Below, piece by piece: positions 40,321 to 52,719 of a stretch of DNA of 64,000 nt. The notes beneath the pieces are model-generated. The model was not told where the DNA came from. It saw only the letters and a list, made by a program, of their open reading frames with translations, and did not search any database. The stretch lies in NCBI RefSeq assembly GCF_009914755.1, contig NC_060925.1, one strand, 5' to 3'. Source of the stretch: the human T2T-CHM13v2.0 reference genome, Homo sapiens. Each line of letters starts with the position of its first letter. Within the stretch, counting starts at the first letter, position 1. The translations under genes and the position numbers were made by a program.

Positions 40321-40750
40321 CAGAATTCTAGGTAATAGTGCCCTTTCTCTTACCATTTCCTCTGATAGTTTTGTTGATCTTTGGTACCGCCTTAGAGAGC
40401 CAATTATGCTGTCAAGATGCTGTCAGCTTTTGGGATTATTTGCTCTTTATTTGTGCAATGCAGAGCAGCAATACACTTGATATCTAGCAAACCACAGAAA
40501 CTACAGTTTTCTGAAATCTTACCACTGTAAAATGATTATTGTTCTGAAAGGTATGGGCTTATGTTTAAACTTCTATACATTTTAAATTATGTTATGCAAA
40601 AGCTAACCTGATGGTTAAGACTAAAAGATGGAAATTTAAATTGTCTTTGGATAAGAGAGTTTCTTGAGGGCCTAGCTATGCAATTTGATGTATTTTATGT
40701 ACTATGATGGATGATTATGAAATTTTAAATGTTACTTTTTTTAATTTTAG

Positions 40751-40964
40751 CTGGAGGATTCTGGCTTCTATACCTGTGTTGCTAACAATGCTGCAGGTGA
40801 AGATACACACACTGTCAGCCTGACTGTGCATGTTCTCCCCACTTTTACTGAACTTCCTGGAGACGTGTCATTAAATAAAGGAGAACAGCTACGATTAAGC
40901 TGTAAAGCTACTGGTATTCCATTGCCCAAATTAACATGGACCTTCAATAACAATATTATTCCAG
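40751..40964 (+). CDS. HMCN1: Exon (~83), C-half of one Ig plus N-half of next: LEDSGFYTC...LTVHVLPTF...NNIIP
   Basis: tttag acceptor, G|gttggt donor, 214 nt, phase 0-1. Confidence 0.93.
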
Positions 40965-41773
40965 GTTGGTCATTTAATTCTCAAGAAGTGAATAAATACA
41001 CCTATGTAGAACTCTAGACGAAGCTCTGTTTCCTCCAGCTGTGAAAATTGAAAAGTAACAAGAATTGATTGCTTTAAATGCTGTAAAATGTGTGCCTCTG
41101 CTTGGATTTTACCCTCTACCCAATATATATGTTTTGTTCCTTCTTTTGGAAGCATAAGTTGATCACAGGGCCATATATTGCAGGTTATAAGTAGCTTTTT
41201 TAACCTAAATATAATTCCCCTTACCCCATGAGAAGGCAGTATGTTTATATAGGCGCCTAAACTTATCCCAGCTGGACCCCCTTCATCACTGATCAGTAGA
41301 TTAAGATGGCCGCTGTTGGAGTCCTAAAGATTCACTTAATTTTACAGAGAAGAATTCTACTTCTCACTGTTTGCCTCAACCTCTATTATAGTGTAGATTA
41401 ATTTATGTAGAAAATTTCTAGTCACTGTGTATACTACAAGTTAAGGTCGTGTCTGGAACCCAGGAGCACCCATCCCTGGGTGAACAAATATCTACCTATT
41501 TGTTAGACTTTGTCATCAGCATAAAGACTGTCAATACTGAGAAATTGTTCTATCCCAAAATTGAGTTCTGAAGTATTACACTGTTAGCATTTACTAAGTG
41601 TCTTGCTAGAAAAGTAGTAATAAGCTTGAGAGTTTTTTTCTATTATAAAGAGTTATGTTAATGACATTAGTTAATGTTAATTCCAGTTAATGGCTGGAAT
41701 TTATCAACTGCATTACCTTAATAACAATACATCTCACTAAGAAAAAACAGACACTAAAAAATCTAATCTATAT

Positions 41774-41817
41774 TGTTTTCTGAAAGTGCAGTACTAATGT
41801 TTTCTGAAAGTGCAGTA
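41774..41817. repeat. Direct repeat tgttttctgaaagtgcagta x2 (24-bp period)
   Basis: Directly visible. Confidence 0.9.
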
Positions 41818-42638
41818 ATGTAAATGTACTTTTAAAGCTTAATTTTCCACTTAATATTCAGCAGTAAAAGATTTAAAAAAAAAAAACTTAAATGAGGAGA
41901 GCATGCAAGGTAAACATACGTATTTAGATATGGACTGGTTTAGTCAGAATTTTATTTAGTCTTAGTTGTTTTAGGATTAGCATGTTTACCTTATATTTTC
42001 TTCTAAATGTTATATGTTATTTATAATATAAATTTTATAAATATTACTATCATAAATTTTTAAATAAAATATATGCCTTTGTAAATATTTATATAATCAC
42101 CATTTATGATTTACAGAGAAGTTTAAATTATTACAAATTTGACTATGTTGTTGTTATTACCTAAGTAGCATACGTTTTCATAATTTTCCCCTTTGACCTG
42201 CCAAGTCAGTTGAATTATAAGCTGAAAAGGTTTTCATGTGTTTGATGTAAATTGTTTGGGAGGAAAAGTGGTAATGAGATAAATGAAATGGAAAATGTAA
42301 TATTTCTGAATGAAAGATTTTTGAAACTCAGACTACGAGCCAGCTTTAAGCAACGCATTTAGATGAAAGGTTTACTTTAAACCTAAAATAATTTTTAAAA
42401 GATGTTTGTTTTCATCCTCTTTTCCTGTTCCTTCTGCTGTTTTTGTTCTTCAAACAAGTGTCTATAGACATAGTAAATAGCTCAGATGAAGAAATGTGGA
42501 AAAGGCTCTCTTCTCCAATGTCATCTCTTTGGTTCAATTGCTGACCAACTCATAAATCTAATGTGCAAAATACTGAGCTGTCGTGAAATTTTTCCTAGGT
42601 TACTGAGAGGCACTTGTGTTGTTTCTTGTTTCCCTCAG

Positions 42639-42773
42639 CCCACTTTGACAGTGTGAATGGACACAGTGAACTTGTTATTGAAAGAGTGTCAAAAGAGGAT
42701 TCAGGTACTTATGTGTGCACCGCAGAGAACAGCGTTGGCTTTGTGAAGGCAATTGGATTTGTTTATGTGAAAG
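42639..42773 (+). CDS. HMCN1: Exon (~84), Ig C-half AHFDSVNG...FVYVK
   Basis: ctcag acceptor, G|gtaggg donor, 135 nt, DSGTYVC. Confidence 0.94.
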
Positions 42774-43179
42774 GTAGGGAAAAGCGCTCCATTTTTAATT
42801 TATAATGCATTCATAATGAATAGTTCAAGTTTTGCTTCTTTATTTTATGGTAATAAAATATAACTTCAAGTTTTTAATCCACTCAGTCCTATTTCACAGA
42901 TGTACAAATTCATGAGAAAAAAATTATGAACATTCAACTCAAAAGTAGATAAGAAGTAAAGAGATCATTTCACACAAAGTGGAATCATCCCCTTAGAATA
43001 TTGAAATTGACAAAATTATCTGGTGATTTAGCATGAAGAGTTGATTCTGGAAATTTCATGAGTCTTTAAGGTGGCTTTACTCCCCTCTTTACTAAATTAT
43101 TTTTCCAAATAGGTCAAAGATCACAAAGAAATTATCAGCACTTACTTTTACTTTGTACCTGTCTTATGTTGTTTTCCAG

Positions 43180-43370
43180 AACCTCCAGTCTTCAAAGGTG
43201 ATTATCCTTCTAACTGGATTGAACCACTTGGTGGGAATGCAATCCTGAATTGTGAGGTGAAAGGAGACCCCACCCCAACCATCCAGTGGAACAGAAAGGG
43301 AGTGGATATTGAAATTAGCCACAGAATCCGGCAACTGGGCAATGGCTCCCTGGCCATCTATGGCACTGTT
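43180..43370 (+). CDS. HMCN1: Exon (~85), Ig N-half EPPVFKGD...IYGTV
   Basis: tccag acceptor, GTT|gtaagt donor, 191 nt. Confidence 0.94.
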
Positions 43371-45000
43371 GTAAGTCACGCCAGAATGATTGATGCACCT
43401 TTAAACCCCCACAGCCAATACCCCTCTGTGAGTGCCATAGATAAGAAACATTTCTCTTACATTCCTATTTAAATCATAAAATCTGAATCAAATAACTCCT
43501 TTTAAAAAACTGAAACAAGGATTGAAATAGATATTTTAGCCCTTTCAAATAAGTGCAGTGAGATAATGTGGCTGCCTTGTTCCTTATCATTGACTTACTA
43601 ATTAACATTTGGAGATAACTTCCTCAGATCTGTTTTAGGACAAGGAAATTGAAGAATTACAAACACAGTTACATATAAATTATAGAGTAGATTTCATAGT
43701 AAGCTGATAACTATATTAGGCTTTTCCAAAGTTCAGTAATTCAGAAAATAAGTGGTGCTTTGGTTTATTATTCTAGTTTTGGGGTCAAATTACCCCAAAG
43801 TGAAATATTTTATCCAAAAATGTCTCAACTAGAATACACATTAATTTGTTAAATCACATTTGGTGAGACCACTTATGTGCTGTCATTGTTTAAGTAATTG
43901 AAATAATTAAAATATACTATCTAATTACCCAATCCAGTGGACCAGTCTTAGTCTTTTAGTCTCATTGATTTTACTTCAACATTAGATGTCATTTGTTGAT
44001 TGTTCCTTCTGTTATGAAATTATTTCTACTTTATGTGCCATAATACTAATATGGCTCAGCCTTCTTCATTACCACTTTTCCCTTTTCCTCTATTACTATT
44101 TCTGAAGTCCTTGGTACTTCTAATACCAATGTTAATACTAATTTTTTTCATCATGCAATTTAAAATTCCTAAAACTGTAGTATCTCCAATGCTGAAACTC
44201 TTCCATTTCCAGCTGTTGACTAGGAACTTCCATTTGGATAATACACTGAAACCTCAAATTAAACATCTAAACCAACATTTATTTTTCCTTCTCCCAATCT
44301 ACTACCTGCAAATCAGTTCCCTTTTATTGACTTACTGTTTGTTAAGGAGACCTGAATTCTTCCATTCACAAGACCTTCAGCGAAATCTGTGCCTCTAGTC
44401 ACCAAATTGAAATTTATTTAGTGCAGTCCTACATAAATTTACACACACAGACACATACATATATGTATATAATGTGACCTACAATCTGTGATTTATTATT
44501 ATAAGTAAATTAGTTTTTCACTTTCTCTCCTAAATTTCAAACGCTCTAGACAAAGGTCCAGCTGAATGTAGTTTTAATAATCCCCATTAGAAAGGACTCA
44601 GTATTTGTTAATTTGTCCTGATTATTTTAATGCTTTTTAAGATATCTATAAGTATAGCATTAGTATTTTTCTTTAGTAAGATAATTCCAGATAGATGATC
44701 ATAAAATAATGTAATTTTTGCTTTGGTTTCTTACCAGTTAGTATTCCTGGAGATCAATGATAGGCTATTTTGAGAAAGTTTAGGCTTGGAATTTGTTTTC
44801 TCCCTTCCCCCTCCTCTTTCTCTTCCTCCTCCTCCCTCCTTTAAATCTATTTAAGAGATTAGACATATGTAGGTTTTCTTATTTCCATTAAAATTCCTTC
44901 TCAAAAATGAAATTTCAAATAAACTAGCATCATGGTGAAAAAAGTGATTGCCCTGCTCTGTAGGCTCATATTTTTGTAAAAACGCTGCTTATTTCCATAG

Positions 45001-45082
45001 AATGAAGATGCCGGTGACTATACATGTGTAGCTACCAATGAAGCTGGGGTGGTGGAGCGCAGCATGAGTCTGACTCTGCAAA
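45001..45082 (+). CDS. HMCN1: Exon (~86), Ig C-half NEDAGDYTC...LTLQ
   Basis: catag acceptor, A|gtaagc donor, 82 nt. Confidence 0.93.
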
Positions 45083-45323
45083 GTAAGCTGCTTAATGAAA
45101 CTAATTAAACACTTGATTTAGGAAATATTACCTAATAAAGAGTATTTATTTTCTTTAACTCTATAGCAAGTTCATTAGTGGTAGCTCTCAGAGTGTGTCT
45201 AATTTAGTTTTCTGCTGCTGATGGAGCAGTTGTCATCAAACATAAATCTGATAACACACAGATATTTTTCTCTATTTTATCTAACGTATATAGTATAAGA
45301 TTGCAATTGATTGGTGGCAGAGC

Positions 45324-45874
45324 TTTTTTTTTTATTATACTTTAAGTTTTAGGGTACATGTGCACAACGTGCAGGTTAGTTACATATGTATACATGTGCC
45401 ATGTTGGTGTGCTGCACCCATTAACTCGTCATTTAACATTAGGTATATCTCCAAATGCTATACCTCCCCCCACCCCCCACAACAGGCCCTGGTGTGTGAT
45501 GTTCCCCTTCCTGTGTCCATGTTCTCATTGTTCAGTTCCCACCTATGAGTGAGAACATGCGGTGTTTGGGTTTTCCTCCTTGCGATAGTTTGCTGAGAAT
45601 GATGGTTTCCAGCTTCATCCATGTCCCTACAAAGGACATGAACTCATCGTTTTTTATAGCTGCATAGTATTCCATGGTGTATATGTGCCACGTTTTCTTA
45701 ATCCAGTCTATCATTGTTGGACATTTGGGTTGGTTCCAAGTTTTGAATACTAGTTCAACCATTGTGGAAGTCAGTGTGGTGACTCCTGGGGATCTAGAAC
45801 TAGAAATACCATTTAACCCAGCAATCCCATTACTGGGTATATACCCAAAAGATTATAAATCATGCTGCTATAAA
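45324..45874 (-). mobile_element. Young L1PA 3' fragment with 5' inversion (twin priming)
   Basis: Minus-strand 3' UTR 45324-45749, plus-strand L1 segment 45750-45874; TSD ggtggcagagcttttt at 45313 and 45875. Confidence 0.93.
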
Positions 45875-46394
45875 GGTGGCAGAGCTTTTTAATTACAGCA
45901 TATTCAATGGAGTGCCCCTTCTTACAATTCACCACAGTTATTCCAACATGCTTAAAAAGATTGCCATTTATGGCACTTTAAGATATTTATTAAAAATAAA
46001 GACTAATGTAAAGGAGCTCAAAAGTGCTCCAGCTTGATGGCTGTCATCTTTCATGAAATAACTAAACGTTCTGGGTGAGATTCTCATGCTCATCAGGAAG
46101 CCCTTCAGTAAGAGTCATCGGAAAACAGAGCATCCATAATTGGATAAACATAAAATAATCCAATGGCCCACTGGAGAGTTTACAGAACCACTTAAGGGGC
46201 TGACCCAAAGACAATGTCACTGGGTTGAGAATTTAAGCAAGTCAAGTCATTTTGTGACTAGGCTCAGTATTTAACAGGGTGAATTTACATTTTCTTCATC
46301 ACTATTGAGAGATGCTCTAGATTAGTTAGCTGTTTGCCAAACTATATAATTCTGTAAGACTCGAATAGATGGATAGACATTTAATAAGTATCTA

Positions 46395-46735
46395 ATACAA
46401 TGTTTCACTAAAGAACATATCTATCAAATGATAACATGGGATGTCATTAGGAAAAAATAGGGTTCTATGTTCAAACAAACCTGAGAAAAAATGAATTAAA
46501 CAGAGTTCTTTTATTTATTAAATATATAAAGAACAGTTACTATGTGCTCAGCCCTCCTTAGGCATACCAAATTTCTTTACTGCAGATTTTCCAGAAATGT
46601 TAATATGTTGGTGTGAATTATGGCTCAACAAGGAGAGAATATAATATGCCACATTTTCCAAATAAATGTTGAGTGAACGTAGGTAGAACACTACACAATC
46701 CACTGACCCAGTTTAAAAAAAGCTACATTAGAGCA
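46395..46735. mobile_element. MER103-like hAT-Charlie element
   Basis: tttctttactgcag...ttaatatgttggtgtg...aatatgccacattttccaaata resembles recalled MER103C; a related fragment may lie at ~18157-18360. Confidence 0.5.
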
Positions 46736-47899
46736 GCTCATCTGCACATATTGACAATAAATTCATTTTAGTAAGTGAGGCATATTAAATAGTCAAAAAT
46801 ATAATTTGGTTCAAATTAGGATTAAAGTACCAGAAGCGATATTTTTATTTAAAGTGTTCATATTTATTATGTGAATGATGAAATTAATTCAATTGAAGTA
46901 TGTACATATGGAATTTTATTGTATTAATTTATAGCTTCATATGCAATTGGGAATGTTCAAGGATGGTATCTAAATTAAGGTTCTGAGTTTATTTGATAAT
47001 TTAGCCATTTTAATACGAGCAGACAAGCTTATTTAGTCATGTTGTCACTTAGTGTTGAGGGATAAACCTGAGGTATTTACTTTATGCAGCAACAGTTTAT
47101 TGAATACATAATGTAATCAGGAAACTAGGAGAGAAATAAAAGCACTGGCCCTGAAAGTTTCTAGAGTGAGGTTAATATAAACATCAGTTAGAAGGCATTG
47201 TGTAGGGTGATGAGCATAAGTCAGAGTAATGCTTTATATGACATTTGCTAAGAGAGTCAAACCTCACATGAAGGAATTACTTTTTTAAAAGACAACATGT
47301 CACGGATACCTTTGCAGAAAAAAACTAACATATTAATATCACAACAAAACACATTTTTGTTCTATTTTTGTCTTATTTGTATTCTATTTATTCTAGATAC
47401 ACTTCTCAGTCTAAAATATGCAGCCACAACCTTGAATTATCTATTACCTCTCACTGAACAAATCATTCTGCCTTTCAGTTCAATGTCACTAAAACACTGC
47501 TCTCATCCCATCATGCTCCTTCTCAAGAATGTATATGCTGCCCCGTTTGCTTTCTTATTTAAATGAAAACCTTTCTTATTTTAGGATTTGAACCAATGTT
47601 CACAACCCTGTATGCTGTTACTCTTCAGGGTGAACCTTCCTTTCTATTCTGTTCATTGTCTTGAAAAAGAAAAAGAGCTAACTCCATCTCCATGTTGTGT
47701 CTTTCTCTCCAAGTGTTCTCCCCTCTCCTCTCTGTTCAAATAACCTTACTTATTTTTGAAAATCCAGTTCAACTCTCTTTTTCCCAATGAAGTCTGTCAT
47801 ATTCTGTCATCTGTCTTGGCACTGTAGACCAATATAGACGTAAACATTCTGCCAGCAGTTGCATGCAGTTCCTTTTACAATCTTTCCAAGGACTTTACT

Positions 47900-48672
47900 T
47901 CAGCCATTGTCATTCACTATAGACACTGTTAATATCTCCCTCCTTCCTTTTTGGTTACCAGAATACCATTTTTATCCTGATTTTCTTCCTACCTCAGTGA
48001 TTCGTTCTGAGTATCTTTATAAGCTTGTCTTCTGTCCATCTCTTAAATAATGCTGTTGCAATGGTTTCTGTCTTTGGCCGTCTTCTCATTTTAGACTCTC
48101 TTCTGAAGCAATCTTATTCACTATGAAAGACTCACACATATATATTTCTTGCTCATCTTTATTCTGAGCTCTAGATATGAATATCCCTGTCATGTAGACA
48201 TCGCTATATGAATGTCTTAGAGATACCTCAAGTTCAGCAGTTCTAAATGGATGCAAATTATCATTCCTTACTCCCTATCCACAAATCTGTTCTTCCTGTT
48301 GTGTGCTATTGCATTGCCCAAATATACCATATTGTCCAAATCAAAACCCTGCAGTCATGAGTTCTTCCCTTTAACCCATACCAATCCGTAACAAAGTTCT
48401 ATCATTTCTACTTTCTTAATAATTCTTGGATATGTCTTCCTTTTCCCCTCCATTTCCAGTGGCATGCTTTTGTTTGATCTATTATTTCTATGGTTTATGC
48501 TCCCATATTAGTACACGTTAGTTCCATAGGTATGCTATAGCACAAGTCTGTCTTATCAGTGGACTGTGAGCTCCTTGAGACTAGAAAGAATATCTTTTCT
48601 CTATATGCTCTCAGCATCCACCACAATGCCTGGCAAATAGCAGGCTTTCAGTACATGTTTATTGAATAAATG
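47900..48672 (+). mobile_element. L2 fragment
   Basis: gactgtgagctccttgag...acaatgcctggcaaatagcaggc...tttattgaataaatga 3' end. Confidence 0.7.
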
Positions 48673-48698
48673 ATGGCCAGTGGTAAAAGAATGAGTTA

Positions 48699-48875
<177 letters not shown>

Positions 48876-49340
48876 TTACCTCAAAAATGATCAAAAGAAA
48901 AAAGTGAATATTCACCATATAAAACACAGACAAAAATAATAGTAACTAAGAGCACTGTGTGCTTACCTTGTTCAAAAGTTGTAGTCACATCCTCTTGTTG
49001 AGTCTAACAGGAATCCTCTGAAGTAGGCACCATTTTTAAGGACATGGGGCTCAGAGAGGTAGTAAGGAGCAGACACAGAATTTGAATCCAGGAAACATGA
49101 CTCTAGAGCCCATGCTCTAGGCTAATCTCAGGAATTTTAAATTTTTGACATTTACTAAATAAAAAAGAATTATGAAAATTGTATTAATGGCAATTATAAT
49201 CTATAATCTTAGTTGGGAAGCAACAGTGTTTTATAAACAAATCAATCACTTTTTTCAAAATAATGTCGCCATATAATACATGATAAAAAAAAATGCTGTA
49301 ACTCCACAAAAACTGAGACACTATGTGCTTTTTTCCGTAG

Positions 49341-49610
49341 GTCCTCCTATTATCACTCTTGAGCCAGTGGAAACTGTTATTAATGCTGGTGGCAAAATCA
49401 TATTGAATTGTCAGGCAACTGGAGAGCCTCAACCAACCATTACATGGTCCCGTCAAGGGCACTCTATTTCCTGGGATGACCGGGTTAACGTGTTGTCCAA
49501 CAACTCATTATATATTGCTGATGCTCAGAAAGAAGATACCTCTGAATTTGAATGTGTTGCTCGAAACTTAATGGGTTCTGTCCTTGTCAGAGTGCCAGTC
49601 ATAGTCCAGG
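49341..49610 (+). CDS. HMCN1: Exon (~87), last complete Ig domain SPPIITLE...VIVQ
   Basis: ccgtag acceptor, G|gtgagt donor, 270 nt. Confidence 0.95.
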
Positions 49611-50170
49611 GTGAGTGTGATCAGAGGAATATTCATAGTAAACAGTACCTGGGGTGACTCAAATCATGGAAATTATTAAGCACTTTAGTCCAAGTCTCCT
49701 GTCACCTTAACATACTTTTAGATGATGGGGAGAGGACAAAATCATCAAAATTTACAGATTGAAGGGCCTAAACCAACACAGATTAGAGCTTTAAAATGCC
49801 AAGGTTTTAATTTAAAATCCCAAACTAGATTTTTGATTCACAACTAAATCTATTCTTAGAAATCAATGTATATGTTTTGCTGCAAAGAATGACTTATGTC
49901 CAAAAGGTGAACAGTTTGTAAACTTGTTGGTCTCTAACTCTTCCAGCAGCCATGTGCAAGTGAGTGAGGATTCGATCTGAGAAGAAACTTTGGCTAACTG
50001 AAGTTCTTCTCTCTCTCTTGGATTTTAATTTTCCTTAAAGGAGAGCTTCCATACGCTATTTCTCAGCAACTATATATTTAGCTCTGTAACCCGTGCATAT
50101 CTTAAATGAAATCTCCTTTACAATGTTTTATTTGCAAAAGCTTAGACAAAGTACAATGTTTTATTTGCAG

Positions 50171-50341
50171 TTCATGGTGGATTTTCCCAGTGGTCTGCAT
50201 GGAGAGCCTGCAGTGTCACCTGTGGAAAAGGCATCCAAAAGAGGAGTCGTCTGTGCAACCAGCCCCTTCCAGCCAATGGTGGGAAGCCCTGCCAAGGTTC
50301 AGATTTGGAAATGCGAAACTGTCAAAATAAGCCTTGTCCAG
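50171..50341 (+). CDS. HMCN1: Exon (~88), TSR1 VHGGFSQWSAWRACSVTCG...KPCP
   Basis: tgcag acceptor, G|gtacac donor, 171 nt, six Cys. Confidence 0.94.
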
Positions 50342-50474
50342 GTACACCTCCTTATTTAACTGATAGGCATGTGTTTAATAGACCTTCATTTCTGTCTTCT
50401 ACCTATGGATTGCCCCAGTGTAAGTATTCCCAATTGAAATATACCTGATGGTGTAATGGTTCACCTTTGTATAG

Positions 50475-50645
50475 TGGATGGTAGCTGGTCGGAATGGAGT
50501 CTTTGGGAAGAATGCACAAGGAGCTGTGGACGCGGCAACCAAACCAGGACCAGGACTTGCAATAATCCATCAGTTCAGCATGGTGGGCGGCCATGTGAAG
50601 GGAATGCTGTGGAAATAATTATGTGCAACATTAGGCCTTGCCCAG
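50475..50645 (+). CDS. HMCN1: Exon (~89), TSR2 VDGSWSEWSLWEEC...RPCP
   Basis: tatag acceptor, G|gtgaga donor, 171 nt. Confidence 0.95.
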
Positions 50646-52421
50646 GTGAGAAACCACCAATAATGCTAAGATAAACAAAACTTTTCTATCTTAACCCCTA
50701 TGAAAGAATTACATTTGCCTTTTCTTCTTCATTGTAAAAAGATGTTATGGCCTCTACCCTTGAGAATATGTTCATTCACTATATTCTTAGTTCTCTTTCA
50801 TGGATAAACTTGTAAAGGTATGGCATTCATTGATGTTAAGCAAAATACCTGCTTTAATTGAACTTGAAGAAAGGGTCCAAACTGGAGTGTATTTCTCAAT
50901 CACGTAAAGAAAACATAAGTATTTACAAGGTCATAAAGTAACATCTAATCCAGCCATCCATTTCGAGGTGAGAAAAATGAACCCTAGAGAGGTTAAAGAC
51001 TTGCCCAGAAACACACAACTGGTGAGGAGTAAATACGAATCGCTGTCATTCACTAAATACTTGCCACATAATAGGAACCATGCTAGGTGCTTTATATTGT
51101 TAATATTGTGTATTGTTATTGATTTTGTGTTTTAGCACTCTTTCCAATTAAAGTGACAAATCAAACAAGTCCAAGTAGAAAATTTTCAGGTATAATTGAA
51201 TCCAAGGATTTGGACAGTGCTTTTACTAGCATGTTTTCCATCTCTCATCTCTACTTTCCTCTCTTTGGCTTTATTCTCTATTAAACTCTTTCCATGTGGT
51301 GGAAACAATGGCTGCTGACAGCTACTGGCTCACAGGGGCCTTATAATCTAAGTGAGGCCTCAGAGAAAAAGAGTTCCCTTGTCTCTCAGAATTCGTATCA
51401 GTCTCTGGAAAGGAACCCTGTTTGCTTTTGTTCAGGTCACATGTTTACCCCTGAACTCAAGTGAGTCCAGGAGAAGGGTATTTTAATAGCCATCTTGGGT
51501 GAACTGTCTACCTAGTGTAAAGAGTGTTGAGAAAGAAATCATGCAAAGTGGAGGAGCTGTTCATTTATTCATTCATTCATCCAACAAATATTTACTGAGC
51601 ACTTACTTTGTCATCAAGACACTGTTCTAGTTGCTAGAGTTAAAATAATAAACAATATCTTTCCAGTATTTATCAACATACCCAAAAAACTCAGAGACTT
51701 GAAATGATGGAGTACAACTTGGAGAGATATCTTAGCTGGAATGATCAGAAAAAGAAATAATGGACAAACCAAAAAGGGACAGGTATTCACTACATTGGGT
51801 ATTGCATCCTATTGTGCAGATGAGGAAAGATTTAGAAAATAATGTGCAGTAATTCACTAAGGATAGACAGCTAATAAAAAATGAATCAAAGTTTTGAACT
51901 CAGGTTGATCTAATTATGAAGCTTATTTAAATCGTAGGTATCTGGATTTGCAATTCGGAACTTTGATTACATTACAAAAACTAAGTACTGTCCTGACGTC
52001 TTAAAATAAACGAGAAGCCATTTATTTTAGTCTTAAAGAATTTGAAAGCTGGTTGTAATAACATTATGTTCTAAATTTAAAAGAGCAGGAAATACTTGAT
52101 TGAGCAATTTTGTGTAATTTGTCATCTATAATAACTATATAATAACTAAATGATATTTGTAAATATCCTAAAATAAAAGCCAGTTTTTTCTTTTCATGTT
52201 GAGTAACTATTCGCCTACTACTGTCTGTTTGGTTACTTACTGTTGTTTTGTTCACTATTCTATTGGCTTGTTTTTTTTTTTTTTAAAGGCTTTCTCTAGT
52301 TATTTCCCCCAGTCCCTAAACCAAATGAATTTAGCTATTGTTTGAGCATAATGTCGGTGGTGTCCTAGAGCCATTCAATGAAAGCATGTATTTCTTCCCA
52401 ATAAGAGCATGTATGAAAATT

Positions 52422-52552
52422 TAGTGATGCCACATTGGTAGGTAAATATCAGCTGTAGTAGGAGTATCTATACCACAAAAATTAGCGATGCTACAAGTTT
52501 TCCTCCTCACCCCTAGAGAGCTGGTTGTTAAATATTTCTCAGCTCACCACTG
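52422..52552 (+). mobile_element. MER63 fragment
   Basis: ggagtatctataccac...gagagctggttgttaaatatttctcagctcaccactg end. Confidence 0.6.
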
Positions 52553-52719
52553 CAAAATCGGCAGCCAGCCTAAGACAGCCTTTCTCATCCAGAAAGTATG
52601 TGAAAATCTCGGGGGCAGAAGATACTTGGCTTTAGTACAGTTCATTTCTAACAATGTTGAACTTAAAAAAGAGTTGCAAGAAGAGTACAGATAATTATTT
52701 CTATGTAACACTATCTAGG

